Below, piece by piece: positions 19,732-29,805 of a stretch of DNA of 64,000 bases; the first letter of the stretch is position 1; each line of letters starts with the position of its first letter. Below the pieces are notes generated by a model. It was not told the origin of the DNA. It made no database searches and saw nothing but the letters and a program-made list of their open reading frames with translations. The stretch is from an uncultured bacterium (lineage in GTDB: Bacteria > AUK180). The translations under genes were made by a program, and so were the position numbers. The stretch is taken from assembly GCA_937863565.1 (NCBI GenBank), contig CALMGJ010000038.1, positions 1-64,000 of the forward strand, read 5' to 3'.

Positions 19732-20254
19732 TATTCTGGCGGTCCTGCTTCTTTGTTCGTGCACCGTAACGATCAGGCCCCGGGTGAACGTGAACGTGAT
19801 CGATGTGACGGATTCTCTCGAAAAGCAGATCCTGGGCGATTTCAAGATCATCGAAGGGCATTATCTCTACATTGATATACCGTCTCCAAAAGAGGCAGGG
19901 AATTTAACAAAAGAGGACATGGAATTCTATGAAGCGATGAAAAACAGGATATATTTCGACGACATCATCACGGATTACAAGAAGAAAGGCCTGCTGGGCG
20001 AATCGGAATCGGGTTATCTTGAGATCGTCCCCGGAAAAAAGGATATGCTTGAGAATATGAATTTCGAGGAGGTTCAGGCGGTCATAAAAACGGAGAATGC
20101 CTCAAGGGATATCATCATTGCATATATAGCAAAAAAGAACAATGAATCGGACAATATACCGTTCTACAGGAACACTTTCTACAAGATCCAGGTGAAAAGG
20201 TCGCCTGTTGGCACGTTTATTGAAGAAAAAGGCGTATGGAAAGAAAAAAAATAA
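19712..20254 (+). CDS. DUF1318/YdbL-like lipoprotein
   Basis: Lipobox-like LLLCSC; LEKQILG; K.KGLLGE...GYL, EN..R and G.W..K terminus. Confidence 0.75.
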   Translation: MSLRHISILAVLLLCSCTVTIRPRVNVNVIDVTDSLEKQILGDFKIIEGHYLYIDIPSPKEAGNLTKEDMEFYEAMKNRIYFDDIITDYKKKGLLGESESGYLEIVPGKKDMLENMNFEEVQAVIKTENASRDIIIAYIAKKNNESDNIPFYRNTFYKIQVKRSPVGTFIEEKGVWKEKK

Positions 20255-21054
20255 CAACCCTCATCCTTGTACTCGTCACCGTCATGCTCCAGGGCTTTGT
20301 TTTCGTCAATCTCGTCGATACTAAAGGCAATATGGTCAATCTGAGAACCTCGGTCGAGGGAAAAGTGGTTTTAATGAACTTCTTTGCCACGACCTGCATT
20401 CCCTGCAAGAACGAACTTCCCGAATTGAGGAAATTCTATGAAGCCAATTCCAAGACCTTCAAGATCATTTTCATTTCCGAAGACGGTTCGGACGTCGCCT
20501 CGGAAGCCGTGGAAGGTTTTCTGAAAGAACACTTCGGCCGCGATGATATAACGATATACAGGGATGTATACCACCAGCAGTACCAGCTCAACGCCGAGAA
20601 AGGCGCGGGCGTTTCCATCCCCCGCAATGTGCTTCTCAAGAACGGCGATATCCTTCTGGATGTGACCGGTTTTCACGAGGATACGATATTGTCCATGGAA
20701 AAACAGTTGCAGGATCTCATCCAAAGAGCCAAGGACCAGAAACCGGTCAAGGTGCATCTGGTATATTCTTCGGTCAATATGGGTGAAGAAGGCGAGAAGA
20801 CAAAAGGATTCGTCAAAGCTTTCTGCGCAGGGAAAAAGCTGCTTCTTTCAGAGAACATGACAGAGGATACGGATTTCATCCTTAAGATAGAACTCAAGAC
20901 CATTGGCGCATACAAACTCTGCAAAATAAATGTTTTGGACAAACAGGGGAAGGACCTTGCGAATAAATCATCGGTGATATATCAGGATACGGAGATCACT
21001 AAAAAAGTAAGCGACCTTTTAAATGAGGCAGTGAATACTGTTATTCCGAAATAG
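20236..21054 (+). CDS. TlpA-like thiol-disulfide oxidoreductase with extra C-terminal domain
   Basis: Signal/TM segment; GKVVLMNFFATTCIPCKNELPEL; cis-Pro IPR. Confidence 0.85.
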   Translation: MERKKITTLILVLVTVMLQGFVFVNLVDTKGNMVNLRTSVEGKVVLMNFFATTCIPCKNELPELRKFYEANSKTFKIIFISEDGSDVASEAVEGFLKEHFGRDDITIYRDVYHQQYQLNAEKGAGVSIPRNVLLKNGDILLDVTGFHEDTILSMEKQLQDLIQRAKDQKPVKVHLVYSSVNMGEEGEKTKGFVKAFCAGKKLLLSENMTEDTDFILKIELKTIGAYKLCKINVLDKQGKDLANKSSVIYQDTEITKKVSDLLNEAVNTVIPK

Positions 21055-21055
21055 A

Positions 21056-21556
21056 TTGAAAGGGCCATTCTCCAAACAGCTGTTCCCCCCGGGAAAATAC
21101 GAATATATCAAAGGAAAAAGACCTGCAGTGGAATGCATATTGTGCGCGATCGTAAGCGGTGATCCTCGCGTTGAATCGATGAAGCTTTTCGAAACAGAAC
21201 TCAGCATGGTCGTTATGAACCTTTATCCGTACAATCCCGGTCATATCATGATATTTCCGAAAAGGCATGTTGCGGAGATAGGGAAAATGACCTTGAAGGA
21301 ATGGGATGAGACATTCCTTCTTGTTAAAAAGAGCCTAGGGATCATCAAAGACCTGTACAAATGCGGATCTTTCAATATCGGCTGGAATATAGGAAAGGAT
21401 TCGGGCGCTTCTCTCAAGCACGTACATCTCCATATCGTTCCAAGGTACCGCAACGAAATAGGCTTTGTGGACATCCTCTCCGGAACAAAAATAATTATCG
21501 AAGACCCGGGGAAAAGTTTCAAGAGGCTTTCCGCAGCGTTCAAGGAACGGCGCTGA
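21056..21556 (+). CDS. HIT-domain protein (Ap4A hydrolase/phosphorylase-like)
   Basis: TTG start; CILC, NLYPYNPGH, FNIGWNIG..SGAS and HVHLHIVPR motifs. Confidence 0.9.
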   Translation: MKGPFSKQLFPPGKYEYIKGKRPAVECILCAIVSGDPRVESMKLFETELSMVVMNLYPYNPGHIMIFPKRHVAEIGKMTLKEWDETFLLVKKSLGIIKDLYKCGSFNIGWNIGKDSGASLKHVHLHIVPRYRNEIGFVDILSGTKIIIEDPGKSFKRLSAAFKERR

Positions 21557-21646
21557 AGGATTTTCACCCGTTTGCCGCCCAGCCTCCTGCACACCTTCTT
21601 TCCTTGCATCAACAAATAAAAGTCACGGGGAATATTCAAATAATCC

Positions 21647-21675
21647 TTGAAAAAAAAAGCTTTATTATTTATAAT
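21647..21675 (+). promoter_or_regulatory. Sigma70-type promoter of the TPR/ExeA operon, likely leaderless
   Basis: TTGAAA-17 nt-TATAAT, then 5 nt to the ATG at 21681. Confidence 0.65.
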
Positions 21676-21680
21676 AAACT

Positions 21681-23936
21681 ATGGAAATGGTTGATAAAAG
21701 GCTACTTCTTCAGAAAGCGCAGACTTTCTATCAGCAGGGAAGACTCGACCTTGCCGCCAATGAATTCCTGAAGATCATAAACCTCGATCCGTACAATATC
21801 GTCGCGTTGAACACGCTCGGCGATATCTATTCGAGGCAGTCCAATGCAAAACAAGCCTTCGTTATCTATCAGCGCGTAGCGAAAATATACCTTGAGAAAG
21901 GCGAATACACGAAGGCGATCCAAGTCTACAAGAAGATACTCCACGTAGACCAGAATAATGCTTTCGCTCTTTACGAACTTGGCAAGATGTATGAGAATGA
22001 AGGCGTTATGGAAGATGCTCTCGACTGTTATATGAAAGCCCTCCAATATATGCCCAAAACGGAGGATGCGATAATCAAGGACATCTACGCAAGGATGGCC
22101 AATCTCGATCCGGACAATATCGAACTTCATGTGAATCTCTCTCAGAACTTCATCGCCGCCGGCAACAAGATCGAGGCTAAGGAAGAAATACTTACGGTCA
22201 TAAAGGCTTATCTCGGCAAGAACGACCTGAAAAAGGCCGAAGAACAGCTTAATGTCCTTTCATCGATAGCCGGTGACGAGGACATACTTTTCGCTAAGGG
22301 TCTTATCGCCCAGAAAAAAGAGGATTATGTTGCCGCTGAAAGCCTTTTCAAACAGGTCATAGCGAAGAACCAGTATTCCGTGGACGCGTATTATCAACTC
22401 GGCAATACAAGGATATTATCGGGTCGCGAACAGCAGGCCCTCATCCCGTTCCAGACCTGTCTTAAATATAAGCCGGATTTCATCCAAGTGCTGGATTTCA
22501 TGGGTGATAACTATAAAAAGCAGGGTAAGAGCGAAATGGCCGTTGAGAAATACGAAAAAGCCGTAAAAAGCGCCCTGGACAAGTCGCTCTTCAATGAAGC
22601 GAAAAGGATACTCAAGAAGATAATCGAAGCGGACCCCAACAATGTCCCCGCCCTTGAGAGGCTGAAAAGCCTGGGAGAGGATGTTGAAATGGGCATGCAG
22701 GTCTCCGAGGCAGAGATACAGAAAGAAGTGCAGAAGGCGGCCCATGTCGACGAGAAATCCAAGATCAAGGTCGTTAACATGGATATACCTTCCGTAACCA
22801 TCGACTTCACGAAAAGAAGGAAGATAGCCGACCTTCTCGATGAAGCCGGCAAGTTCCAGACCGGCGGCCTGGATGAAAAGGCCGATGAGAACTACAAAGC
22901 GGTCCTTGATATCGATCCCAATAATGATGCCGCACTGAACGCGCTTGCCGAGAACAATATGATGATGGGCAATAATAATGAGGCCACCGAATATCTGAAA
23001 ACCCTGATGAAAGTCTTCGTAAACCGCGGCGAATTTGAAAGAGCACTGAATACTTTTGACAGAAGCAAAAAATTGAACCCTTCGGATGCAGAGCTTGATC
23101 TTTATTACGATGAGATACAAAAAAGGAAATCCGTAATAGAACAGATGCGGAACACTAACATAGATGAAGCCGCTCTGGCCGAACCGGAACAGGTTCCCGA
23201 ACCCATGCCGGAACCTGAATCGCCCGCCCCCGAACCAACGCCGCCTAAACCGACACATGCGCCTTCAGCAAAGAGCGCGCCGCCTAAAGCCGAATCCGTC
23301 AAGGTCGATGCTGCGGCGATGACATCGGGAGGCGAAGAGAACTTCGTGGATAATTTCGCCGATAAAGTTGAAGAGGTTATCGGAGACGATGCCCAGGGGC
23401 ATTTCGATATGGGTATGGCCTTCTACAGCATGCAGCTTTTCTCCAAGGCGATATACGAACTTCAACTCGCATCCAAAAGCGATAAATTCCTCGTTCCGTC
23501 CTGCGAACAGATAGCGCAGTGTTTCCTTGATCAGGGTCTTCCCGAAGCATCGATAAACTGGCTTAATAAGGCTCTTGATAAATCGGGCGTTGAACCTTCC
23601 GCCCTGCTCGGCATCAAATTCAAACTCGGACAATCATATGAAGCGCTGGGAGATAAGAACAGGGCTTTCCAGTATTATCTTGAAGTATATCAGGAGAACG
23701 TTAAGTTCCAGGGTGTGGGCAAGATCATAGCAAAACTGAAAAAAGAACTTAATGTCCAGAAGCAGGCGACTGTCGGAGAGGAGGTCTCCAAAGGCGAAAG
23801 CCTGATGGATATGCTCGATTCGGCAACGGCCGGGAATACTGCGCCGTCAGAGACGCCTCCTCCGCCGGCCGAAGGGGAGAAAAAGAAAAAAGACGACACT
23901 CCCCCGAAACAGAATCCAAAGATCAGCTTCCTGTAA
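21681..23936 (+). CDS. Large cytoplasmic TPR protein, SgmX-like architecture
   Basis: Many TPRs; Pro/Glu linker; D..GHFDMG.AF..M.L..KAI.E.Q.A C-terminal TPR block; ends KISFL. Confidence 0.75.
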   Translation: MEMVDKRLLLQKAQTFYQQGRLDLAANEFLKIINLDPYNIVALNTLGDIYSRQSNAKQAFVIYQRVAKIYLEKGEYTKAIQVYKKILHVDQNNAFALYELGKMYENEGVMEDALDCYMKALQYMPKTEDAIIKDIYARMANLDPDNIELHVNLSQNFIAAGNKIEAKEEILTVIKAYLGKNDLKKAEEQLNVLSSIAGDEDILFAKGLIAQKKEDYVAAESLFKQVIAKNQYSVDAYYQLGNTRILSGREQQALIPFQTCLKYKPDFIQVLDFMGDNYKKQGKSEMAVEKYEKAVKSALDKSLFNEAKRILKKIIEADPNNVPALERLKSLGEDVEMGMQVSEAEIQKEVQKAAHVDEKSKIKVVNMDIPSVTIDFTKRRKIADLLDEAGKFQTGGLDEKADENYKAVLDIDPNNDAALNALAENNMMMGNNNEATEYLKTLMKVFVNRGEFERALNTFDRSKKLNPSDAELDLYYDEIQKRKSVIEQMRNTNIDEAALAEPEQVPEPMPEPESPAPEPTPPKPTHAPSAKSAPPKAESVKVDAAAMTSGGEENFVDNFADKVEEVIGDDAQGHFDMGMAFYSMQLFSKAIYELQLASKSDKFLVPSCEQIAQCFLDQGLPEASINWLNKALDKSGVEPSALLGIKFKLGQSYEALGDKNRAFQYYLEVYQENVKFQGVGKIIAKLKKELNVQKQATVGEEVSKGESLMDMLDSATAGNTAPSETPPPPAEGEKKKKDDTPPKQNPKISFL

Positions 23937-23945
23937 GGTTAACGG

Positions 23946-24773
23946 ATGAACATAGAAGAATATTTCGGCATGTCGGAAAACCCCTTTAAGACAACGGTTG
24001 ACGAAAAATACTATTTCCAGTCAATACAGCATTCCACGGCTTTCAATAAGATAAAATACCTTGTGGACAGAATGGGCGGCCTTTCCGTTCTTATCGGCGG
24101 CGCCGGCATGGGGAAATCCATGCTTTCTCGCAGGCTCATCATGGACCTCAACCCGGACGAATACGAGGTAGGCCTGATCATCGTTATCCATACGGAGATC
24201 AAAGGGGTCTGGATACTCAGACAGATTGCCAAACTCATGGGCGTGGATTCGGCTTCCGATGCGGATCCCATCGGCACTATTTCTAAGCTTTACGAGAAAC
24301 TCTATGAGCTCAACAGCGAAGGAAAGAAACCGGTAATCCTCATCGATGAGGCTAATATGCTTACGAAAAAAGACCAGATGGAGGAGCTGCGCGGCCTGAC
24401 AAATCTCGAAGTGCAAGGGCAGAAACTCATCAATATCGTTCTCATAGGGATCCCGGAACTCGAGGACTCCCTTAAACTCGATCCGCCCCTTGCCCAAAGA
24501 GTCACCGTTAAGATCACTCTCGGCCCGCTACAGCAGAGCGAGATCAAAACGTATATTCAGCACAGATTGAACATTGCAAAGGGCCCCGCGGGTCTTTTTG
24601 ACGAGGATTCCTATAATATCGTCTATAACAGGACAAAGGGCATACCCCGCCTTATCAATACGCTCTGTTACAACTCAATGTGGGCCGCGAAGGACCTTGG
24701 AGTAAAAAAAATATCAGCCGATGTCCTCGCTTCCGTGGCAACGAATGCTTTCAGTCATCTGGGTGAAGTATAG
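23946..24773 (+). CDS. ExeA/GspA-like AAA ATPase
   Basis: YFGM.ENPF, Walker A GGAGMGKS, Walker B ILIDEA, L.G.PEL, YI.HRL and GIPRLINTLC motifs. Confidence 0.9.
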   Translation: MNIEEYFGMSENPFKTTVDEKYYFQSIQHSTAFNKIKYLVDRMGGLSVLIGGAGMGKSMLSRRLIMDLNPDEYEVGLIIVIHTEIKGVWILRQIAKLMGVDSASDADPIGTISKLYEKLYELNSEGKKPVILIDEANMLTKKDQMEELRGLTNLEVQGQKLINIVLIGIPELEDSLKLDPPLAQRVTVKITLGPLQQSEIKTYIQHRLNIAKGPAGLFDEDSYNIVYNRTKGIPRLINTLCYNSMWAAKDLGVKKISADVLASVATNAFSHLGEV

Positions 24774-24844
24774 CGGGATTAGCTCAATGGTAGAGCACCT
24801 GCTTCCCAAGCAGGGGGTTGCGGGTTCGAGTCCCGTATCCCGCT
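24773..24844 (+). tRNA. tRNA-Gly (anticodon CCC), CCA not encoded
   Basis: Cloverleaf: acceptor GCGGGAT/ATCCCGC, anticodon stem CCTGC/GCAGG with loop TTCCCAA, T-loop TTCGAGT, discriminator T. Confidence 0.97.
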
Positions 24845-24859
24845 CTTTTTATAATTAAG

Positions 24860-25699
24860 ATGAAAGCGGACATGCATCTTCATACAACTTATTCCGACGG
24901 CATCCTAAGCCCTCTTAATATCGTGAAATTCACCCGGCTTACAAATCACGATGTGATATCGGTAACGGACCACGATACGATGGAAGGCCTCGAAGAAGTA
25001 GAGCATTGGGCCGAGCGTTTTGAAATAGAAATGATCCCCGGAGTGGAGATATCGACATATCATGCCGGCCGGGAATACCACGTACTCGGATATTATCTGG
25101 ATTGGAAAGATGCCGAATTGGCCTCCCTTTTCAATGAGATGCACCTGCAGCGGGAGAACAGGATACGGCTCATCCTTTCGAAACTTGTTGAAAATTACGG
25201 CATCAGAATAGAATTCTCCGATCTGAGGAACTTTTTTAAAACAAACAATTACGGCAGGCCTCATATTGCTCTTCTTTTGATGAAGAACGGGATCGTGGGA
25301 AGCGTCAGAGAGGCTTTTGATAAATATCTGGGAGATGATGGCCCCTGTTCGGCGGAAAAACTCCAGTTCGCCACTTCGGAGGCCGTGGAACTGATCAGGC
25401 GGAAGGGGGGGCTTTCCGTTCTTGCTCATCCTGGCATATATTTTGCACATACAGACACGGAGTTTAAAGATATTCTGGCTCTGGGTTTCGACGGAATAGA
25501 GGTCTTCCACCCGATGAACGATGCCGGCATGACTGCAGCCTTGTCCGAATATGCGGAAACAAGACATCTTATCGTGACGGGCGGTTCCGATTATCACGGC
25601 TACCTCAACGAGGATATATTTTCCGTGAACATCGATCTGAAGGACAGAGACCTTGCGCTCATGCGTTCGAGATCGTCCCGTGACCCGGCAAGCCGCTGA
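24860..25699 (+). CDS. PHP-domain phosphoesterase (TrpH/YciV-like)
   Basis: DMHLHTTYSDG, VTDHDT, PGVEIS, GRPHIA, LAHP and GGSDYHG motifs; start set at ATG 24860, after the tRNA. Confidence 0.92.
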   Translation: MKADMHLHTTYSDGILSPLNIVKFTRLTNHDVISVTDHDTMEGLEEVEHWAERFEIEMIPGVEISTYHAGREYHVLGYYLDWKDAELASLFNEMHLQRENRIRLILSKLVENYGIRIEFSDLRNFFKTNNYGRPHIALLLMKNGIVGSVREAFDKYLGDDGPCSAEKLQFATSEAVELIRRKGGLSVLAHPGIYFAHTDTEFKDILALGFDGIEVFHPMNDAGMTAALSEYAETRHLIVTGGSDYHGYLNEDIFSVNIDLKDRDLALMRSRSSRDPASR

Positions 25700-25710
25700 A
25701 GGAGTTGACG

Positions 25711-26717
25711 ATGAAAAAAATCTTAACGCTTTGCCTTATCGCCGCCGCGGTCGTTCTTTCGGCCGTAAATCTGAGAGAACAGGCGAAGATACACAAACAG
25801 AATGCCGAAAAATACCTCTTGGAGAACAATTACGAAGGCGCGGTTGAAGAATTCAGGAAAGTATTGTCCCTCGCTCCCGAAATGGACCCCGAGATCAAAG
25901 AGAAATTCATAGAGGCCCAGATAAAACTCGGCATCTCATATATCGGTAAAGATAATAAAAAGGCTGCCGATCTCTTCAAAGACCTTATGTATAACAGGAA
26001 AGATGAAACGCTTCCGTATTATTATCTCGGGTATCTAAGCGAGCAGAACGGCGATTACGACGGCGCGGAAAAATACTATAAGGAATTCATGGAGAAAGAC
26101 AAACTCAATATCGAGAAGAAAGAAGAAGCCGCAAAAAAGATAAGCATATGGACGAAGGACCGCGAAAATTACAATGAGGGAATTAAATACATGGCAGATG
26201 CGGAATTCCTGATAGCCAAGGAATGCTTCAAAAAGGTCGAGACCATAAACAAAAGGAAAGCGGAAGAATACATCGCACAGCTGGCCTCGCTTCTCGAGAA
26301 GGATAATACACCGGTCATCGACGCGCCGAAAACGGATACACCCGTCAAAGCGCCCGAGGGAACGGGGGCAGTAAAGGAAAAGGTCCTGCCGCTTTTCAAG
26401 AAAGCCTTAGAGAGCGAGAGCTATGATGCCCTTTCTGCGCTGTTCTCGCAGGAATTCATTTGCCCCATAGGTAACAAAACTAATTACTTAAGCTATTTCA
26501 GCGATTTCTGGTTTCTCAATTTCCAGAATCTTATTTTCGATTATTTCAATGAGAAGCAGACCTCTGCCGGGGATCATATCATCATCAGTTTCGATTATAC
26601 GCTCAAAGGCATATACAATGGGAAGGATATGACATTGTATAAACCGGAATTCAAATTCGGGAACGAATATTCGATCGCCGGCTCCATAGTGTTCACGATA
26701 AAGAAGGAAGGAGATCT

Positions 26718-26736
<19 letters not shown>
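25711..26736 (+). CDS. Exported TPR protein
   Basis: AAGGAG then ATG; signal peptide; TPR-like YYYLGYL.EQ.GDY..A..YY. Confidence 0.75.
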
Positions 26737-27695
<959 letters not shown>

Positions 27696-27701
27696 GGTTG
27701 T

Positions 27702-28382
27702 ATGAAGATGAAAAGAATTCCCTTTTTGATCATGGTGGTGATCGCCGTGCTTCTGGCCGGTTGCTTCGAATACGAGGAGGAAGTATGGATAGAAAACGAT
27801 CTCTCGGGCCGTATTGTGGTCACCTATTCCTTCCCTCTGGACAAGGGGTCTTCCGAAGAGAAGGATAAACCCGCGATCCGCGCAAGCGAAGGCATTAAAG
27901 TGGGAAAGACCGAGATGTACGTAAAAGACGGAAAATCCTGCATATCGGTGGAGCTCCTGTTCGATAATATCAAAAATCTCGAACAATTCACCTGGACGGA
28001 AGAAGAGGATAAAGGAGGAGGGGATAAGAACGAAGAGCTCATTCCCGGAACGATCGAACTGAGATCCGAGAAGGGCCGTCTTGTATTGATACGGCACATA
28101 TCAGCTGAAAAAAAAGAAGGAGAGAGCGCTCCGGAACCTCCGGCTGCACAGGATAAACTCGTTATGAAAAAGACAGGCCCGGATGAATCGATGTCGTCAT
28201 ATATCTGGCATTTCACATATCATCTGCCGACAAAGATACTTGATGTGCGCCCCGGCGAGATGAGCGTTTCTAAAGATAAAAGAACGGCTTTTTTGGAAAC
28301 GGACCTTTACAAGATAGACAGGGAAGGCTTGCATATAGAGATCAGGGCAAAGCCGGTCAAGAAGAAGATAATCAGGAAGTAA
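27702..28382 (+). CDS. Hypothetical lipoprotein
   Basis: Lipobox LLAGC; beta-rich body. Confidence 0.7.
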   Translation: MKMKRIPFLIMVVIAVLLAGCFEYEEEVWIENDLSGRIVVTYSFPLDKGSSEEKDKPAIRASEGIKVGKTEMYVKDGKSCISVELLFDNIKNLEQFTWTEEEDKGGGDKNEELIPGTIELRSEKGRLVLIRHISAEKKEGESAPEPPAAQDKLVMKKTGPDESMSSYIWHFTYHLPTKILDVRPGEMSVSKDKRTAFLETDLYKIDREGLHIEIRAKPVKKKIIRK

Positions 28383-28404
28383 CCGGAACATTCAGACCCG
28401 GATA

Positions 28405-29805
28405 ATGAAAAAAAGGTCATTTCTCAGAGATACGTTCAGAATATCCACGGCAGAGGGCATCTTCGTTCAGATACATGTTCTTCTCTCGGGTGCGGGCAGC
28501 GTCTTTTTGACCAAATTGGCCGTGCTCATGGGTGCGCAGCCCATCCATTTCTCGCTGATGTCCGCTATAACTCAATTTTCACAGATCTTTCAACCGTTAG
28601 GGTATTTCTTCACGAGAAAACTGGCCTCAAGAAAAAAGTTCGTATTTCAGACCGCGATGCTCAACCGTTCCCTTGTCATTTTCTACGGTATACTTCCTCT
28701 GATATTCATTCCCGAAAAAGCCATTGCCGTATTCCTTATTCTTTTCCTTATTTCAACGATACTCGGAGCGATGGCGGGCAATGCCTGGATAGCCTGGATC
28801 TCGGACAGCGTTCCGCTAAATATCAGAGGAAGGTTCTTCTCTTTCCGTTCACAGATCCTGATGGCGGTAGGACTCGTTGTGAGTTTCATCTTCAGTTACT
28901 GTATAGACCTTTTTTCCGGCAAGCGCATATTCTTTTCGGAACGCATCAAGAGCCTTTTTGCCGCGGATACTTTCAATCCGGTGAATCTGAAATTCGGCAT
29001 GGCGGCCGTTTTCGTTTTTGCTTTTCTATCGGGAATAATCGGGCTTATAGTAATGCTCGCCCAGCCGGAACGCAAAAAGGAGATAGAGAACGAGAATTTC
29101 GCGGAGACGATGAAAAGCGCGCTCTCGGACAGAAATTTCAGAAAACTTCTCGTCTATTCAATGTGGTGGATGTTCGCCGTCGGGATAGGGTCGCCGTACT
29201 GGCAGCCGTTCATGATACAGAAGCTGAAGATGACACTCATGGAGATCCAGCTCTACGGCGTTATTTCCACTGTTTCATCAGTGATCGCGATCAGGTTCTG
29301 GGGCCGCTTCATCGATAAGTTCGGGAATAAAACGGCTATGAGATTCGCGATAATTCTGGGGGGACTGAACCCGCTGGTCTGGCTTTTCGCAAGAGAGAAC
29401 CGGATATGGTTCCTGTTCTTTGAAGCGGCCACATCGGGCATTATGTGGGCCGGCGCCGGCATCGTGGCCACAAATTTCGTTTTGGCTATCGCGCCTCCGC
29501 GCCGTAGCCAGATCTATTCCGGCATTTACGGAGCATTCTCTGGTCTGGGTATGATGGCAACTATGATCCTTTCAGGCATCTTCATCCCGAAACGTGCCAT
29601 TCCCATTGCCGGAGGTATTCTCGAACCGGAACAGGTATTGTTCCTTATAACTGCCCTGGCACGCTGGAGCGCGCAGATACCTCTTTCGGGAGTGAAGGAA
29701 AGGGGCCGTCCTTTTAAAGAAGCGTTTTTCTTCCTCGTGGAATTCGCCAAAGTAAGGGTTCTGAATTTTCTCGGTTCGCCTAAAAGGAAAAGGTCAGATT
29801 CCTGA
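28405..29805 (+). CDS. MFS transporter
   Basis: W.AWISD.VP..IRGRFFS.R and WGRFIDKFGNK motifs; about 12 TM segments. Confidence 0.9.
   Translation: MKKRSFLRDTFRISTAEGIFVQIHVLLSGAGSVFLTKLAVLMGAQPIHFSLMSAITQFSQIFQPLGYFFTRKLASRKKFVFQTAMLNRSLVIFYGILPLIFIPEKAIAVFLILFLISTILGAMAGNAWIAWISDSVPLNIRGRFFSFRSQILMAVGLVVSFIFSYCIDLFSGKRIFFSERIKSLFAADTFNPVNLKFGMAAVFVFAFLSGIIGLIVMLAQPERKKEIENENFAETMKSALSDRNFRKLLVYSMWWMFAVGIGSPYWQPFMIQKLKMTLMEIQLYGVISTVSSVIAIRFWGRFIDKFGNKTAMRFAIILGGLNPLVWLFARENRIWFLFFEAATSGIMWAGAGIVATNFVLAIAPPRRSQIYSGIYGAFSGLGMMATMILSGIFIPKRAIPIAGGILEPEQVLFLITALARWSAQIPLSGVKERGRPFKEAFFFLVEFAKVRVLNFLGSPKRKRSDS

Noticed and set aside
23180-23290. CCGGAA/CCCGAA repeats in the TPR gene
   Set aside because: They only encode the Pro-Glu linker and are not a DNA-level repeat element.
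24818-24859. N-terminal extension of the PHP ORF in the track
   Set aside because: It overlaps the tRNA-Gly T-arm; the PHP motif begins right after ATG 24860.
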